Under the pieces are notes generated by a model. That model saw nothing but the letters and a program-made list of their open reading frames with translations, was not told where the DNA came from and ran no database searches. A DNA stretch of 46,486 nt from a virus: IMG/VR virus record IMGVR_UViG_3300010265_000001; one strand, written 5' to 3'. This document shows, piece by piece, positions 25,166 to 34,066 of the stretch. The position numbers were made by a program, and so were the translations under genes. Position 1 is the stretch's first letter. Each line of letters begins with the position of its first letter.

Positions 25166-25455
25166 CGACAAGCCCACCCATCACCATCGAAAGCGCTGAA
25201 CTCAGGAGCAAAGTCGAGAAAAGCCTCGGAAAAATACCGGACGAGCTCTGGAACAGGGCAGAAAAATATGCCCGCCACAAGCTGGACAGCTATCGGAAAC
25301 GCTGGCCCGATGTCGACCACTTCGACAACACCTACCTCGTGTTATTGACCGAGGACACCGTAAAAGAAACCGCCTTCTCGGACTACACGATCGCCGCCAG
25401 TACGATGATCATGGAAGCCCGGGAGGAAACAAAGAAAGGAGCAAAAACACAATGA
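25162..25455 (+). CDS. Hypothetical protein
   Basis: 97-aa ORF coupled on both sides. Confidence 0.5.
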   Translation: MTTSPPITIESAELRSKVEKSLGKIPDELWNRAEKYARHKLDSYRKRWPDVDHFDNTYLVLLTEDTVKETAFSDYTIAASTMIMEAREETKKGAKTQ

Positions 25456-26537
25456 AAACAGGAAGAACCCTTCAAGAACTGGCCATCGAGCTGGATCGCC
25501 AGCTCAAAGCAAAGCGTGATTATTTAGTGGACACGCCCGCCCTACGTCTGACACCCAGCAAAGAGGACGGCCACCTCATGCTTGACGTAAACTTCGGGCA
25601 AGGTTCCAGCGGGCTCACCGAGATCCAGAGGTTAAACGTCAACGACATCGCCCACAGACAGATCGGGCAACACCTCGGCATCCCGGCCCGCTATTATGAC
25701 AAGATGCGCACCGACTTCCCTGAGCTGCTGGCCGCAAACGTGAACGGCTGGTTTGAGAGAACACCCTCTCAGAGGATGCTCAGAACACTGGACGGAACGG
25801 CCCGCGCCTTCCTCTCCAATAAGTACCGCAGGATCGACAATTACGAGGTCGCTCAGACCGTCCTCCCTGTCATCGCAGAAATGGACGGGGCCGTCGTGGA
25901 GAGCTGCGAGCTCACTGACTCCCGGATGTATCTCAAAGTCGTGAACCAGAGGATCACCGCAGAGGTTAAGAAGGGCGACATAGTTCAGGCCGGCATCGTG
26001 ATCACCAACTCAGAAACCGGACAAGGCAGCGTAAGCGTCAGCCCTCTGATCTATCGACTGGTATGCAGCAACGGCATGATCGCAGCAGACAACAGTCTCA
26101 GGAAGTACCACGTCGGCCGCACGAATGAAGTCGGCGACAATTTCGAGATCTTCAGGGACGAGACCATCGAAGCAGACGACCGGGCCTTCCTCATGAAGAT
26201 CGAGGACACAGTTCGCGCAGCTGTCGACCAGACAAAGTTCAACGCCATCGTCGCAAAGATGCGCGAGGCTGCTGAGATCAAGATGGAGACCAACCTCGTA
26301 CCGCAGGTCGTTGAATTATCGGCCAAGGAGTTCGGCCTGACTCAAGAGGAGAGCAACGGCGTCCTCGGGCACCTAATCCAAGGCGGCGACCTCTCACTCT
26401 ACGGACTGGCCAATGCTGTCACCCGTCACAGTCAGGACGTTAAGAGCTACGACAGGGCCACCGAGCTGGAGGCTGCTGGCTGGAGCATTTTGAACATGAG
26501 CCCCTCTCTCTGGAGGCAGCTCAATACAGCGAGGTGA
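25452..26537 (+). CDS. DUF932-like phage/plasmid protein
   Basis: 361 aa. The overall pattern (RMLRTLDG.ARAFLSNKYRRIDNYEV..., ITNSETGQGSVSV) recalls the DUF932 family. Confidence 0.55.
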   Translation: MKTGRTLQELAIELDRQLKAKRDYLVDTPALRLTPSKEDGHLMLDVNFGQGSSGLTEIQRLNVNDIAHRQIGQHLGIPARYYDKMRTDFPELLAANVNGWFERTPSQRMLRTLDGTARAFLSNKYRRIDNYEVAQTVLPVIAEMDGAVVESCELTDSRMYLKVVNQRITAEVKKGDIVQAGIVITNSETGQGSVSVSPLIYRLVCSNGMIAADNSLRKYHVGRTNEVGDNFEIFRDETIEADDRAFLMKIEDTVRAAVDQTKFNAIVAKMREAAEIKMETNLVPQVVELSAKEFGLTQEESNGVLGHLIQGGDLSLYGLANAVTRHSQDVKSYDRATELEAAGWSILNMSPSLWRQLNTAR

Positions 26538-26541
26538 TGAA

Positions 26542-27255
26542 ATGTATCAGGCAACGAGAAGGAGCTGCCAGCTCGCACCTGACAGCTCCCGGAGATCATC
26601 AGAACCGCTCAAAGCAATACCAATGACCTCCTCCATTATAGCACGCAGACGCAAAAAGCTGAAGATGCGCAGGCGTGCCGCAGCCATCATCATGATCCTA
26701 CTGGTCGTGTGGGTGGCGTGGAGCATTAAGACCATCAGCGACCGGACGCAGACCGCCGAACAACCGCCGGTCGACCTGCCGACAACCACAGAACAGCCAA
26801 CGGCAGCGCCGGCAATATCCATGGAGCCAGCAGTCATTCCGATCGCAATACCAGCACCAGAGAAGCCTCCGAGGTACGAGCTGACAGCTGAGGAGCGCGA
26901 CATCATCGAGAGAGTGGTCACTGCTGAAGCCGCTGGCGAACCGTTCGCCGGTCAGGTCGCAGTCGCCCAGTGCATCCTCAACGCTTGCGAGAAGGATGGC
27001 ATCAGGCCGCTCGAAGTTCTCACAAAGTACAAGTACGCCACGAGCAGGCCCGATCCTGAAGGTACGGTACCGGAGGCCGTGGCCGCCGTATTCGATGACG
27101 GCTGGTATGTAACGACAGAACCGATCCTCTACTTCTACGCGCCGGATCGGACAAAAAGCGACTGGCACGAGTCTCAGGACTTCGTGATTGAGATAAACGG
27201 GCACCGCTTTTTTGCTGAAAAACCAAATCAAGAAAGGAGCAACCCCAATGAATGA
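26542..27255 (+). CDS. Membrane-anchored SleB-like cell-wall hydrolase (Hydrolase_2)
   Basis: N-terminal TM AAAIIMILLVVWVAW. The C-terminus ERDIIERVVTAEAAGEPFAGQVAVAQCILNA...ILYFY is typical of the SleB/CwlJ domain. The true start may be Met at 26623. Confidence 0.7.
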   Translation: MYQATRRSCQLAPDSSRRSSEPLKAIPMTSSIIARRRKKLKMRRRAAAIIMILLVVWVAWSIKTISDRTQTAEQPPVDLPTTTEQPTAAPAISMEPAVIPIAIPAPEKPPRYELTAEERDIIERVVTAEAAGEPFAGQVAVAQCILNACEKDGIRPLEVLTKYKYATSRPDPEGTVPEAVAAVFDDGWYVTTEPILYFYAPDRTKSDWHESQDFVIEINGHRFFAEKPNQERSNPNE

Positions 27256-27583
27256 AAATACTCAGAAATCCGTGATCCAGATATTAACCGAGACGCTCGC
27301 AGAAATGAGCACCAGAGCCCTCAACGCTGAGGCTGAGGTCGAAAGACTGAAGGCTGACGACAACAACTGGTACCGCCACTGGCAGACCAAAGACGCCGAG
27401 GTCAAGAAGCTCACCGCTGAGCTGAACGAGCTCAAGAGCAAGTTCCACGATCTCATGAATGAGCGCAACGACCTCAATGACGCATATGACGCATTGAAAC
27501 ATAAAGCAGCGCCGGCAGTCGATGAAAAGACGCTGGAGGAGCTCAGAACCAAATTAAGCAAGGAGGATAAGAGTCATGAGTGA
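27248..27583 (+). CDS. Coiled-coil protein, function unknown
   Basis: 111 aa, RBS aaaggag. Confidence 0.5.
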   Translation: MNENTQKSVIQILTETLAEMSTRALNAEAEVERLKADDNNWYRHWQTKDAEVKKLTAELNELKSKFHDLMNERNDLNDAYDALKHKAAPAVDEKTLEELRTKLSKEDKSHE

Positions 27584-28241
27584 TAAGACCATCGCCGCCA
27601 TCGCGGCAGAAATAGAGCAAAAACAGCCAGTACAGGCACAGGCAAACGAGGCCGCGGCTCCGGAAGCTGCTGTCGAAATGTACCCGATCACCCTCGAGGA
27701 GCTGGAGAACATTGAACTCCCCGGAGACCTCCCGGCTGACGCTCAACCGGAGCGCAAGGAGTTCATGATCACAGACGACAGATGCGCCGACTGGGCCGTC
27801 CGCAAGATCAAAGAGGAAAAGCAGGAATATGACCGCATCCGGGAGCTCGGTGAGCAGCAGATCGCTGAAATTCAGGAGAAAATCGACCGGGCCAAGAGAC
27901 GCTTCGAGCAGAACACCGGCTTCCTGACCAGCAAGCTGGCACAGTATTTCAACACCGTGCCGCATAAAAAGACCAAGACCCGCGAGACATACCGCCTCCT
28001 CTCTGGCAACCTCGTCCTTAAACTGGGAGGAGTCAAGGCCACACTGGACGACGAGAAGCTGGTGGCATGGCTGAAGGACAACGGGTACACCGACTTCGTG
28101 AAGGTCGAGGAAAAGCCAACGTGGGGAGAGCTCAAGAAAAAGCTCAACCTCGAGCCCGGGCTGGTCACAATGGCCGAAACCGGCGAGATCGTGGAAGGCA
28201 TCACCGTCGTGCAGCAGCCTGACACGTTCGTCGTCGACTAA
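27576..28241 (+). CDS. gam: Gam-like host-nuclease inhibitor (Mu Gam family)
   Basis: 221 aa. FMITDDRCADWAVRKIKEEKQEYDRI...AEIQEKID plus its position upstream of ERF fits the Firmicutes-phage Gam family pattern. Confidence 0.65.
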   Translation: MSDKTIAAIAAEIEQKQPVQAQANEAAAPEAAVEMYPITLEELENIELPGDLPADAQPERKEFMITDDRCADWAVRKIKEEKQEYDRIRELGEQQIAEIQEKIDRAKRRFEQNTGFLTSKLAQYFNTVPHKKTKTRETYRLLSGNLVLKLGGVKATLDDEKLVAWLKDNGYTDFVKVEEKPTWGELKKKLNLEPGLVTMAETGEIVEGITVVQQPDTFVVD

Positions 28242-28256
28242 GGAAGGAGGATCGAC

Positions 28257-29126
28257 ATGGCTGACACTACCAAAAAGACTGCCGGCACAACTACGGCGGC
28301 TGCTAAGGAACAGAGCAAGACCCCAGCAGCACCACAGACCAGCGAGATCCCTCATGAGGCCATGAGCCTCCAACAGAAGATCGTCGAGCTGCGGAAAGCC
28401 TGCCCGAAGATCATCAAGCAGAAATACAGCGACGGCGTCGATTATAAATTCGCCAAGATCTACGACGTATGGGAGGCCATCACCCCCGTGATGAACGAGG
28501 TCGGCGTCAACTTCGACGTCGTGGCCGAGGTTCCCAGCAAGAAGGACGAGCTCGGCAACGCTGTCTATTACACGACCATCATGGCCAAGACCAAGTACGG
28601 GGAGCGCCTCATGTTCCTCTATGAGGCCGACCTGACTGTCAAATGGACGAACGTCGACGATCCGGACGACACCGAAACCGTCACCCTCCACGCCATAGGC
28701 TGGAACGATGACCCGGCCAAGGCCAAGGGAAGCGCGTGGACTTATTGCCTGAAGTATTACCTGTTCGAGAAGTTCAGCATTGACCAAGGCGAGGATGATC
28801 CGGACGCCAACGGCTTCAACAGCACCGGAACGCCACAGAATACGCCGCAGGGCGCGAAAACCGGAAACAGACAACCAAACACCCGACCACCGCAGCAAAA
28901 CGCGCCACAGGGCAACACAGGCGCTCAAAAACCGCTAAGCGATAAGCAGCTCGAGAGGATGTACCTCAAGGGCGAGGCTGCCGGCATAAGCAGGGAGCTC
29001 GTCAACAAGCGCATCGCTGAGAAGTATCACAAGCAGAACCCCGCGCTCATGAGTCGGGCCGAATATGACGAGGTATGCGCTGCCCTCGATAAAGCAGCCG
29101 CAGAAGGAGGAACAGCTCATGAATGA
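28257..29126 (+). CDS. erf: ERF-family single-strand annealing recombinase
   Basis: 289 aa. LQQKIVELRKACPKIIKQKYSDGVDYKFAKIYDVWEAITPVMNEVGV is typical of ERF. The C-terminal half is Gln/Pro-rich. Confidence 0.75.
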   Translation: MADTTKKTAGTTTAAAKEQSKTPAAPQTSEIPHEAMSLQQKIVELRKACPKIIKQKYSDGVDYKFAKIYDVWEAITPVMNEVGVNFDVVAEVPSKKDELGNAVYYTTIMAKTKYGERLMFLYEADLTVKWTNVDDPDDTETVTLHAIGWNDDPAKAKGSAWTYCLKYYLFEKFSIDQGEDDPDANGFNSTGTPQNTPQGAKTGNRQPNTRPPQQNAPQGNTGAQKPLSDKQLERMYLKGEAAGISRELVNKRIAEKYHKQNPALMSRAEYDEVCAALDKAAAEGGTAHE

Positions 29127-29514
29127 TGTTAAACTGCTCGGCCGACTGGCCGCAGATCCAGAACTCAGATACACAACCAGCGGCATCCCTGTCGCAACCT
29201 TCGATCTGGCAGTAAACCGCCCGACAAGCGACGGGCATAAGGCCGTCGACTTTTTGCCGATTGTCGCATGGAGGTACCGGGCCGAGTTCGCGGCCAACTA
29301 CCTCACAAAGGGCCGCCAGATCGTTGTTGATGGGACGCTGAGGACAAGAAAATGGCAGGACAACGACGGCAAAAACCACAAGAGCATCGAGATCGTGGCC
29401 GAAAACATTTACTTCGCAGACAGTAACAGAGGCGACTCACACGCCTCCTCCTCTCCATCGGTTCCGGATGGCTTCGAGGAGGTTCAGGACTCCGATGACG
29501 ACCTGCCGTTCTAA
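29119..29514 (+). CDS. ssb: Single-stranded DNA-binding protein
   Basis: MNDVKLLGRLAADPELRYTTSG (OB fold) and the acidic tail DSDDDLPF. Confidence 0.92.
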   Translation: MNDVKLLGRLAADPELRYTTSGIPVATFDLAVNRPTSDGHKAVDFLPIVAWRYRAEFAANYLTKGRQIVVDGTLRTRKWQDNDGKNHKSIEIVAENIYFADSNRGDSHASSSPSVPDGFEEVQDSDDDLPF

Positions 29515-29517
29515 CAC

Positions 29518-29561
29518 GACCGCCGGACGACCACTGGACGACCGCCGGGCAACCGGAGAAC
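29518..29561. repeat. Iteron cluster A: four 11-bp-phased units (gaccgccggac, gaccactggac, gaccgccgggc, aaccggagaac)
   Basis: Read directly in the intergenic gap between ssb and the replication gene. Confidence 0.7.
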
Positions 29562-29589
29562 GACCAAGCACAGAAAGGAGGATCAGGTC

Positions 29590-30477
29590 ATGGCATGGCT
29601 CCAAGTTCATCAAACGCTCAAAGATCACCGCAAACTTTTAGAGGCTGCCGACATACTCGAAGTTACACCGCCCCACATGATGGGGATCCTGATCTCCTTC
29701 TGGCTATGGGCGCTGGATAATGCTCCGAGCGGAACCCTCGGAGGCATATCCTCCCGAATAATCGCCAGAGCTGCACAGTGGGAAGGCGATCCGGATCGAC
29801 TGGTGGAAGCCCTGACGGCCTCGAAATGGCTGGACAAGGGTGAGAACGGCCTCGAGATCCATGACTGGTATGAGTACGCAGGCAAGCTAATCGACCAGAG
29901 GATCGCTGAGAGAGAAAGATCCAAGAGACGCCGCTCCGCTCAAAGTTCGACCGCCGGACGACCGCCGGACGACCGCCGGACGACCGCCGGACAGTCTGCC
30001 GACGACCAACAAACAGCCGCAGGCAGAGTAGACCAGAGTAGACCAGAGTATACAAGAGAAGAAGATATAGACCCCCTACCCCCTAAAGGGGAGAAGCAGC
30101 AGCCCGTCCCCTTCGAGAAAATCATGCAGCTATACAACGAGATATGCGTGAGCTTCCCGAAAGTGCTCAACATAGAAGGCCAAAGACGCAAGGCCGTTGC
30201 TGCACGCTGGAAAACATACAAGGATCTCGAAGCCTTCGAGACCTTATTCCGAAAAACCGAGGCCAGCAGCTTCCTGAAAGGTCACAACGACCGGAACTGG
30301 ATGGCCGACTTCGACTGGATAACCAAGCCGACCAACATGACCAAGGTGCTGGAAGGCAAATACGACGACAAAGGAGGAGATCAGAGTGGAGTCAATCGCC
30401 AACATACTGGCAGGGACAATGCAGCCCCGCAGCTCTCGGGCTTCCATATCGCAGGAGACGACGAAACCGACGAATGA
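29590..30477 (+). CDS. Replication initiator/replisome-organiser-like protein
   Basis: 295 aa. It carries internal iterons and sits upstream of the DnaC-like loader. The C-terminus FEKIMQLYNEIC..FPKV......RKAVAARW resembles the conserved phage C-terminal replication domain. Confidence 0.6.
   Translation: MAWLQVHQTLKDHRKLLEAADILEVTPPHMMGILISFWLWALDNAPSGTLGGISSRIIARAAQWEGDPDRLVEALTASKWLDKGENGLEIHDWYEYAGKLIDQRIAERERSKRRRSAQSSTAGRPPDDRRTTAGQSADDQQTAAGRVDQSRPEYTREEDIDPLPPKGEKQQPVPFEKIMQLYNEICVSFPKVLNIEGQRRKAVAARWKTYKDLEAFETLFRKTEASSFLKGHNDRNWMADFDWITKPTNMTKVLEGKYDDKGGDQSGVNRQHTGRDNAAPQLSGFHIAGDDETDE
29949..29992. repeat. Iteron cluster B: four perfect tandem copies of GACCGCCGGAC (11 bp) inside the replication gene
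   Basis: Read directly. The 11-bp period forces the repeat through all three frames (STAGRPPDDRRTTAGQ). Confidence 0.85.
30024..30053. repeat. Three tandem 10-bp repeats (cagagtagac x2, cagagtatac)
   Basis: Read directly, 31 nt downstream of iteron cluster B. Confidence 0.8.
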
Positions 30478-31366
30478 CGAGGAGCCGAAGCTGCTGGACA
30501 CTGTCGTATATAGCAACGATCCCGAGGTGGCAGCACTCGGAGCTCCTGATCCGGTGCCCTGCGAGTTCTGCGGGGCCCCGCGATACACCAAAGGAATGAG
30601 ACTTCAGGGCCGGATCTTCTGGATGCCTTACGGCCCGGAGCCGTGCACTTGCCCGGAGGCCGTGAAAGAACAGGCGGCCAAGAAGGCCGCAGCTGAGGAA
30701 GCCGAACGGCAGCGCCAACAGGCTGAAGCCGATCGAAGGATGCAGGAACGCGTCAAGAAGATCATCGGCGAAAGTGGGATCAATGCCCGCTTCCTCCGGA
30801 GGACATTCGACACCTTTGAGATCACAAAAGAAAACGCCAAGGCCGCCAAGGTGGCCAAGGCATACGCTGACAACTTCGACACGAAGCTCCCCGGGCCTAA
30901 CAACCCGGATCCCGGACGGAACGGCCTATTTATTACCGGGCCAAAAGGAACCGGCAAGACTCACCTCGCGGCAGCCATAGCCAACCAGCTCATGAACCAA
31001 GGCACAGCCGTGATATGTATGACCATGATCGACCTGCTGGAGCGCATCAAGAGGACATACGAGAAAAACGCAGACAGCGAGAGCACAGTCCTCAACCTAT
31101 ACAAGCAGGTGCCGCTCCTGATCATCGACGACATGGGAAAGGAACCGGCCACCGAATGGGGGATCTCAAAGATTTACGCCATCATCAACGGACGGTATGA
31201 AGGCTATATGCCGACCATCGTCACAACAAACTACGACGACCAGCAGCTCGTCAAGCGTCTGACTCCTCCCGGCGGGGACGACATCACGGCCGACGCAACC
31301 ATCGACAGGCTCCGCGAAATGTGTCACGCGCTCCCGATGACGGGCCAGAGCTGGCGCTCACGATAA
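30386..31366 (+). CDS. DnaC/IstB-like AAA+ helicase loader
   Basis: Walker A GPKGTGKTH, Walker B LLIIDDMG, and TTNY. GTG start after aaaggagg. Confidence 0.85.
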   Translation: MESIANILAGTMQPRSSRASISQETTKPTNDEEPKLLDTVVYSNDPEVAALGAPDPVPCEFCGAPRYTKGMRLQGRIFWMPYGPEPCTCPEAVKEQAAKKAAAEEAERQRQQAEADRRMQERVKKIIGESGINARFLRRTFDTFEITKENAKAAKVAKAYADNFDTKLPGPNNPDPGRNGLFITGPKGTGKTHLAAAIANQLMNQGTAVICMTMIDLLERIKRTYEKNADSESTVLNLYKQVPLLIIDDMGKEPATEWGISKIYAIINGRYEGYMPTIVTTNYDDQQLVKRLTPPGGDDITADATIDRLREMCHALPMTGQSWRSR

Positions 31367-31377
31367 GGAGGGAAATC

Positions 31378-32301
31378 ATGCCAAAGATTGAGTACGTCAG
31401 CAAGAACTTCGGAGCTGACAGGCTGGCGCTAATCGATAAGATCAACGAAGTCATCGCAGACTATTCAGCGCAAGGCTTCAGCCTGACACTCAGACAGGTA
31501 TATTACCAGATGGTCGCCCGGGCCATCATTCCGAACAACGAACGATCATACAAGAACCTCGGCAACCTGATCAGCGATGCACGACTCGCCGGCCTTATTG
31601 ACTGGAACGCCATCGAGGACAGGACGAGGAGCCTGCGCGGGAACTCTCACTGGACAACGCCGGGCAGCATCATCGACTCAGCTGCCTACTCTTACCACCT
31701 TGACCACTGGCAAGGCCAAAGGAATTATGTCGAGGTATGGGTGGAAAAGGATGCCCTCGTCGGCATCGTCGGCCAGATATGCAGCAGGCTCGACGTCAAT
31801 TATTTTTCCTGCCGCGGATATGTGAGTCAGTCGGAAATGTGGGGAGCTGCCAGAAGGCTGAGAAGGAGACAAGAACAGGGCCAGCAGGTCATCCTCCTCC
31901 ACCTCGGAGATCATGACCCCAGCGGCAAGGATATGAGCCGGGACATTGTTGAAAGGCTCTTAACCTTCGAGACTTACAACGTCGAGTTCCACCGCATCGC
32001 CCTCAATATGGATCAGATTGAGAAATACAATCCGCCACCGAACCCGACAAAGCTCACCGACAGCAGGGCCACCGGGTACATCGAACAATATGGCCATGAG
32101 TGCTGGGAGCTCGACGCTCTGGAACCGCAGGTCATCACCAACCTGATCGACAAGCACGTCAGGAAGTACAGAGACGACAAGTTATACAAGGCCGTGATCA
32201 AGCAGGAGCAAGAAGAAAAGGCCATGCTCGAGGATCTGGCCGCAAACTGGACAAGCATCGCGGCCAACTGGGACGAAATCAAGGCCACATACTGCGATTA
32301 A
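31378..32301 (+). CDS. Stand-alone TopoVI-A/Spo11-like protein (winged-helix 5Y-CAP plus Toprim)
   Basis: 307 aa. LTLRQVYYQMV is a candidate catalytic-Tyr motif. VEVWVEKDAL supplies the Toprim Glu and LHLGDHDPSG a DxD. No B-subunit gene is nearby. Confidence 0.55.
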   Translation: MPKIEYVSKNFGADRLALIDKINEVIADYSAQGFSLTLRQVYYQMVARAIIPNNERSYKNLGNLISDARLAGLIDWNAIEDRTRSLRGNSHWTTPGSIIDSAAYSYHLDHWQGQRNYVEVWVEKDALVGIVGQICSRLDVNYFSCRGYVSQSEMWGAARRLRRRQEQGQQVILLHLGDHDPSGKDMSRDIVERLLTFETYNVEFHRIALNMDQIEKYNPPPNPTKLTDSRATGYIEQYGHECWELDALEPQVITNLIDKHVRKYRDDKLYKAVIKQEQEEKAMLEDLAANWTSIAANWDEIKATYCD

Positions 32302-32321
32302 CCCACAAAGGAGGTAATACG

Positions 32322-32669
32322 TTGAAAAAGCTCGTTTATATATGCAGCCCTCTCCGCGGGGATATAGAGCGGAACATCATCAAAGCGCAGGGCTACTGCC
32401 GCGAGGCCGTTGAGCTCGGAGTAATACCCATCGCCCCTCATGTCTATTTTACCCAGTTCTTAAATGACCTTATACCAGAGGAACGCAAGATCGGCATGGA
32501 GCTCGGCATTGAGCTCCTGAAGAAATGCGACGGGGTGTGGGTGTACGGCATCCAGAACCCGAGCGAAGGCATGAAGGCCGAGATCGAGCTGGCCAAAGAG
32601 CTCGGGATCCCTGTCAGGGATGCGGCCGAAGTTTACCAAAGCCCTCCAGAGAGGAGGCCGACACGATGA
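32322..32669 (+). CDS. Nucleoside 2-deoxyribosyltransferase-like (DUF4406-like) protein
   Basis: 115 aa. KKLVYICSPLRGD...CDGVWVYG...SEGMKAEIELAKELGIPV fits a Rossmann-like NDT-fold pattern. TTG start after aaaggagg. Confidence 0.45.
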   Translation: MKKLVYICSPLRGDIERNIIKAQGYCREAVELGVIPIAPHVYFTQFLNDLIPEERKIGMELGIELLKKCDGVWVYGIQNPSEGMKAEIELAKELGIPVRDAAEVYQSPPERRPTR

Positions 32670-33385
32670 ACAGAGACCCACGCAAGAACGCTGAAAGCTA
32701 TGCAGACCCGACGGCATACGAGGCAGTCAGGAACGTGCAGCGCCAGATCAGAGGCAAGCAGTCCAAGATCACCGGCGAGCACTTCGAGAATATGATCTCC
32801 GGAGCCTGCTCCTTCTACTACGACCGGAACCTTGCCAACATTGAAAAGACACCGGAGCCGATGAAGGTGCTCAAGCCGATGCCAAAGCAGCCCGGCAAGT
32901 TTATCGCCTGCTTCACAAAAGCAGCGCAGCCAGACTACAAGGGCACTATCCAAGGAGGCCGGGCCATCGTATTCGAGGCCAAACACACAGACGACGACAA
33001 GATCGAGCGCAAGAGACTGACCGACGAGCAGATGGAAGGACTGGAGAAGCATCACAAGCTCGGAGCCATCGCCTTCGTGCTCGTGTCCTTCGGCCTCCAG
33101 AGCTTCTACCGGATCCCGTGGCCGGTATGGCGGGACATGAAAGAACTCTACGGTAGACAATACCTGAAGCCAGACGAGATCGCCTGCTATAAGATACCGG
33201 CACCCGGCGGCGTGATCAAGCTGCTGGACGGAATCATTGACGCCAAGCAAAAGGCAGCGCCCGAAACGCCTCGGGCAATATACACCAGCAGCGACTCGGA
33301 TCGCTGCGTAATATGCGGCACCTACGTCCCGGAAGGACGTCAGGTATGCCCTGTTTGTGAGAAAGGAGATCAGGATCATGAATAA
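32666..33385 (+). CDS. recU: RecU-like Holliday junction resolvase with a C-terminal zinc ribbon
   Basis: PDYKGTIQGGRAIVFEAKHT (RecU catalytic core pattern) and C-terminal CVICG...CPVC. Confidence 0.65.
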   Translation: MNRDPRKNAESYADPTAYEAVRNVQRQIRGKQSKITGEHFENMISGACSFYYDRNLANIEKTPEPMKVLKPMPKQPGKFIACFTKAAQPDYKGTIQGGRAIVFEAKHTDDDKIERKRLTDEQMEGLEKHHKLGAIAFVLVSFGLQSFYRIPWPVWRDMKELYGRQYLKPDEIACYKIPAPGGVIKLLDGIIDAKQKAAPETPRAIYTSSDSDRCVICGTYVPEGRQVCPVCEKGDQDHE

Positions 33386-34049
33386 CGCTTTACTGAGCAG
33401 CAAGAACCTCGACTGGTGCACACCGCAGGACTTTTTCAACGAGCTGGACGCCGAGTTCCACTTCACACTCGACGCAGCTGCGACAGATAAGTCGGCAAAG
33501 TGCTCGAAATATTTCACCCCTGAGACCGATGGCCTCAAATCCTCATGGGGGGGGGAGATCGTATTCTGTAACCCGCCATATGGCCGCCAGATAGGCGACT
33601 GGGTGCGCAAGGCATACGAGGAAGGCCAGAAACCAGACACCACCGTCGTCCTGCTTATACCAGCAAGGACAGACACGACATACTTCCACGACTACATATA
33701 CGGCAAGGCAGAGATCCGGTTCCTGAAGGGCCGTCTGAAGTTCACGGACGAGGACGGCAACGCAAAGGACGCCGCTCCCTTCCCTTCTCTCCTCGCTATA
33801 TTCAGAGGCCCGCGAGGAACGTCTGGACAGGCAGGTATCAAGGAGCTGATCACCGGCATCCTTGAAGGCAAAGAGCTGACGGCCAACGAGCTCACGGAGC
33901 AGCTGCGCACCATGGGCCACAACTATGACCGGGGAACGGTCAGCCCTTGCCTCACCAAGCTCAAGGCCGCCGGCATTATTAAGACGGCCGGAAAAAGGCC
34001 ATGCACAAAGACCGGAAAAATGGCAGTCGTATGGACGGCAGCCAGCTGA
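33378..34049 (+). CDS. Phage N6-adenine DNA methyltransferase (Dam-type, NPPY) fused to a C-terminal winged-helix domain
   Basis: LDWCTPQDFFNELDAEFHFTLDAAA...IVFCNPPYG. The C-terminal 65 aa are homologous to the next ORF. Confidence 0.8.
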   Translation: MNNALLSSKNLDWCTPQDFFNELDAEFHFTLDAAATDKSAKCSKYFTPETDGLKSSWGGEIVFCNPPYGRQIGDWVRKAYEEGQKPDTTVVLLIPARTDTTYFHDYIYGKAEIRFLKGRLKFTDEDGNAKDAAPFPSLLAIFRGPRGTSGQAGIKELITGILEGKELTANELTEQLRTMGHNYDRGTVSPCLTKLKAAGIIKTAGKRPCTKTGKMAVVWTAAS

Positions 34050-34066
34050 AGAAAGGAGAATGATCA

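Noticed and set aside
27543-28928. 461-aa ORF on the minus strand, antisense to the Gam and ERF genes
   Set aside because: It has no RBS and a low-complexity, Leu/Val/Gly/Arg-rich composition typical of antisense frames in GC-rich coding DNA. The + strand genes have strong family motifs and RBSs.
29949-29992. Tandem 11-bp repeats considered as a possible CRISPR-like array
   Set aside because: The units are contiguous with no spacers, are only 11 bp long, and lie in a replication gene. Iterons are the better explanation.
32633-33676. 347-aa minus-strand ORF opposite RecU and the Dam methyltransferase
   Set aside because: Same reasoning. The + strand carries the NPPY methyltransferase and RecU motifs, and the antisense frame is compositionally odd.
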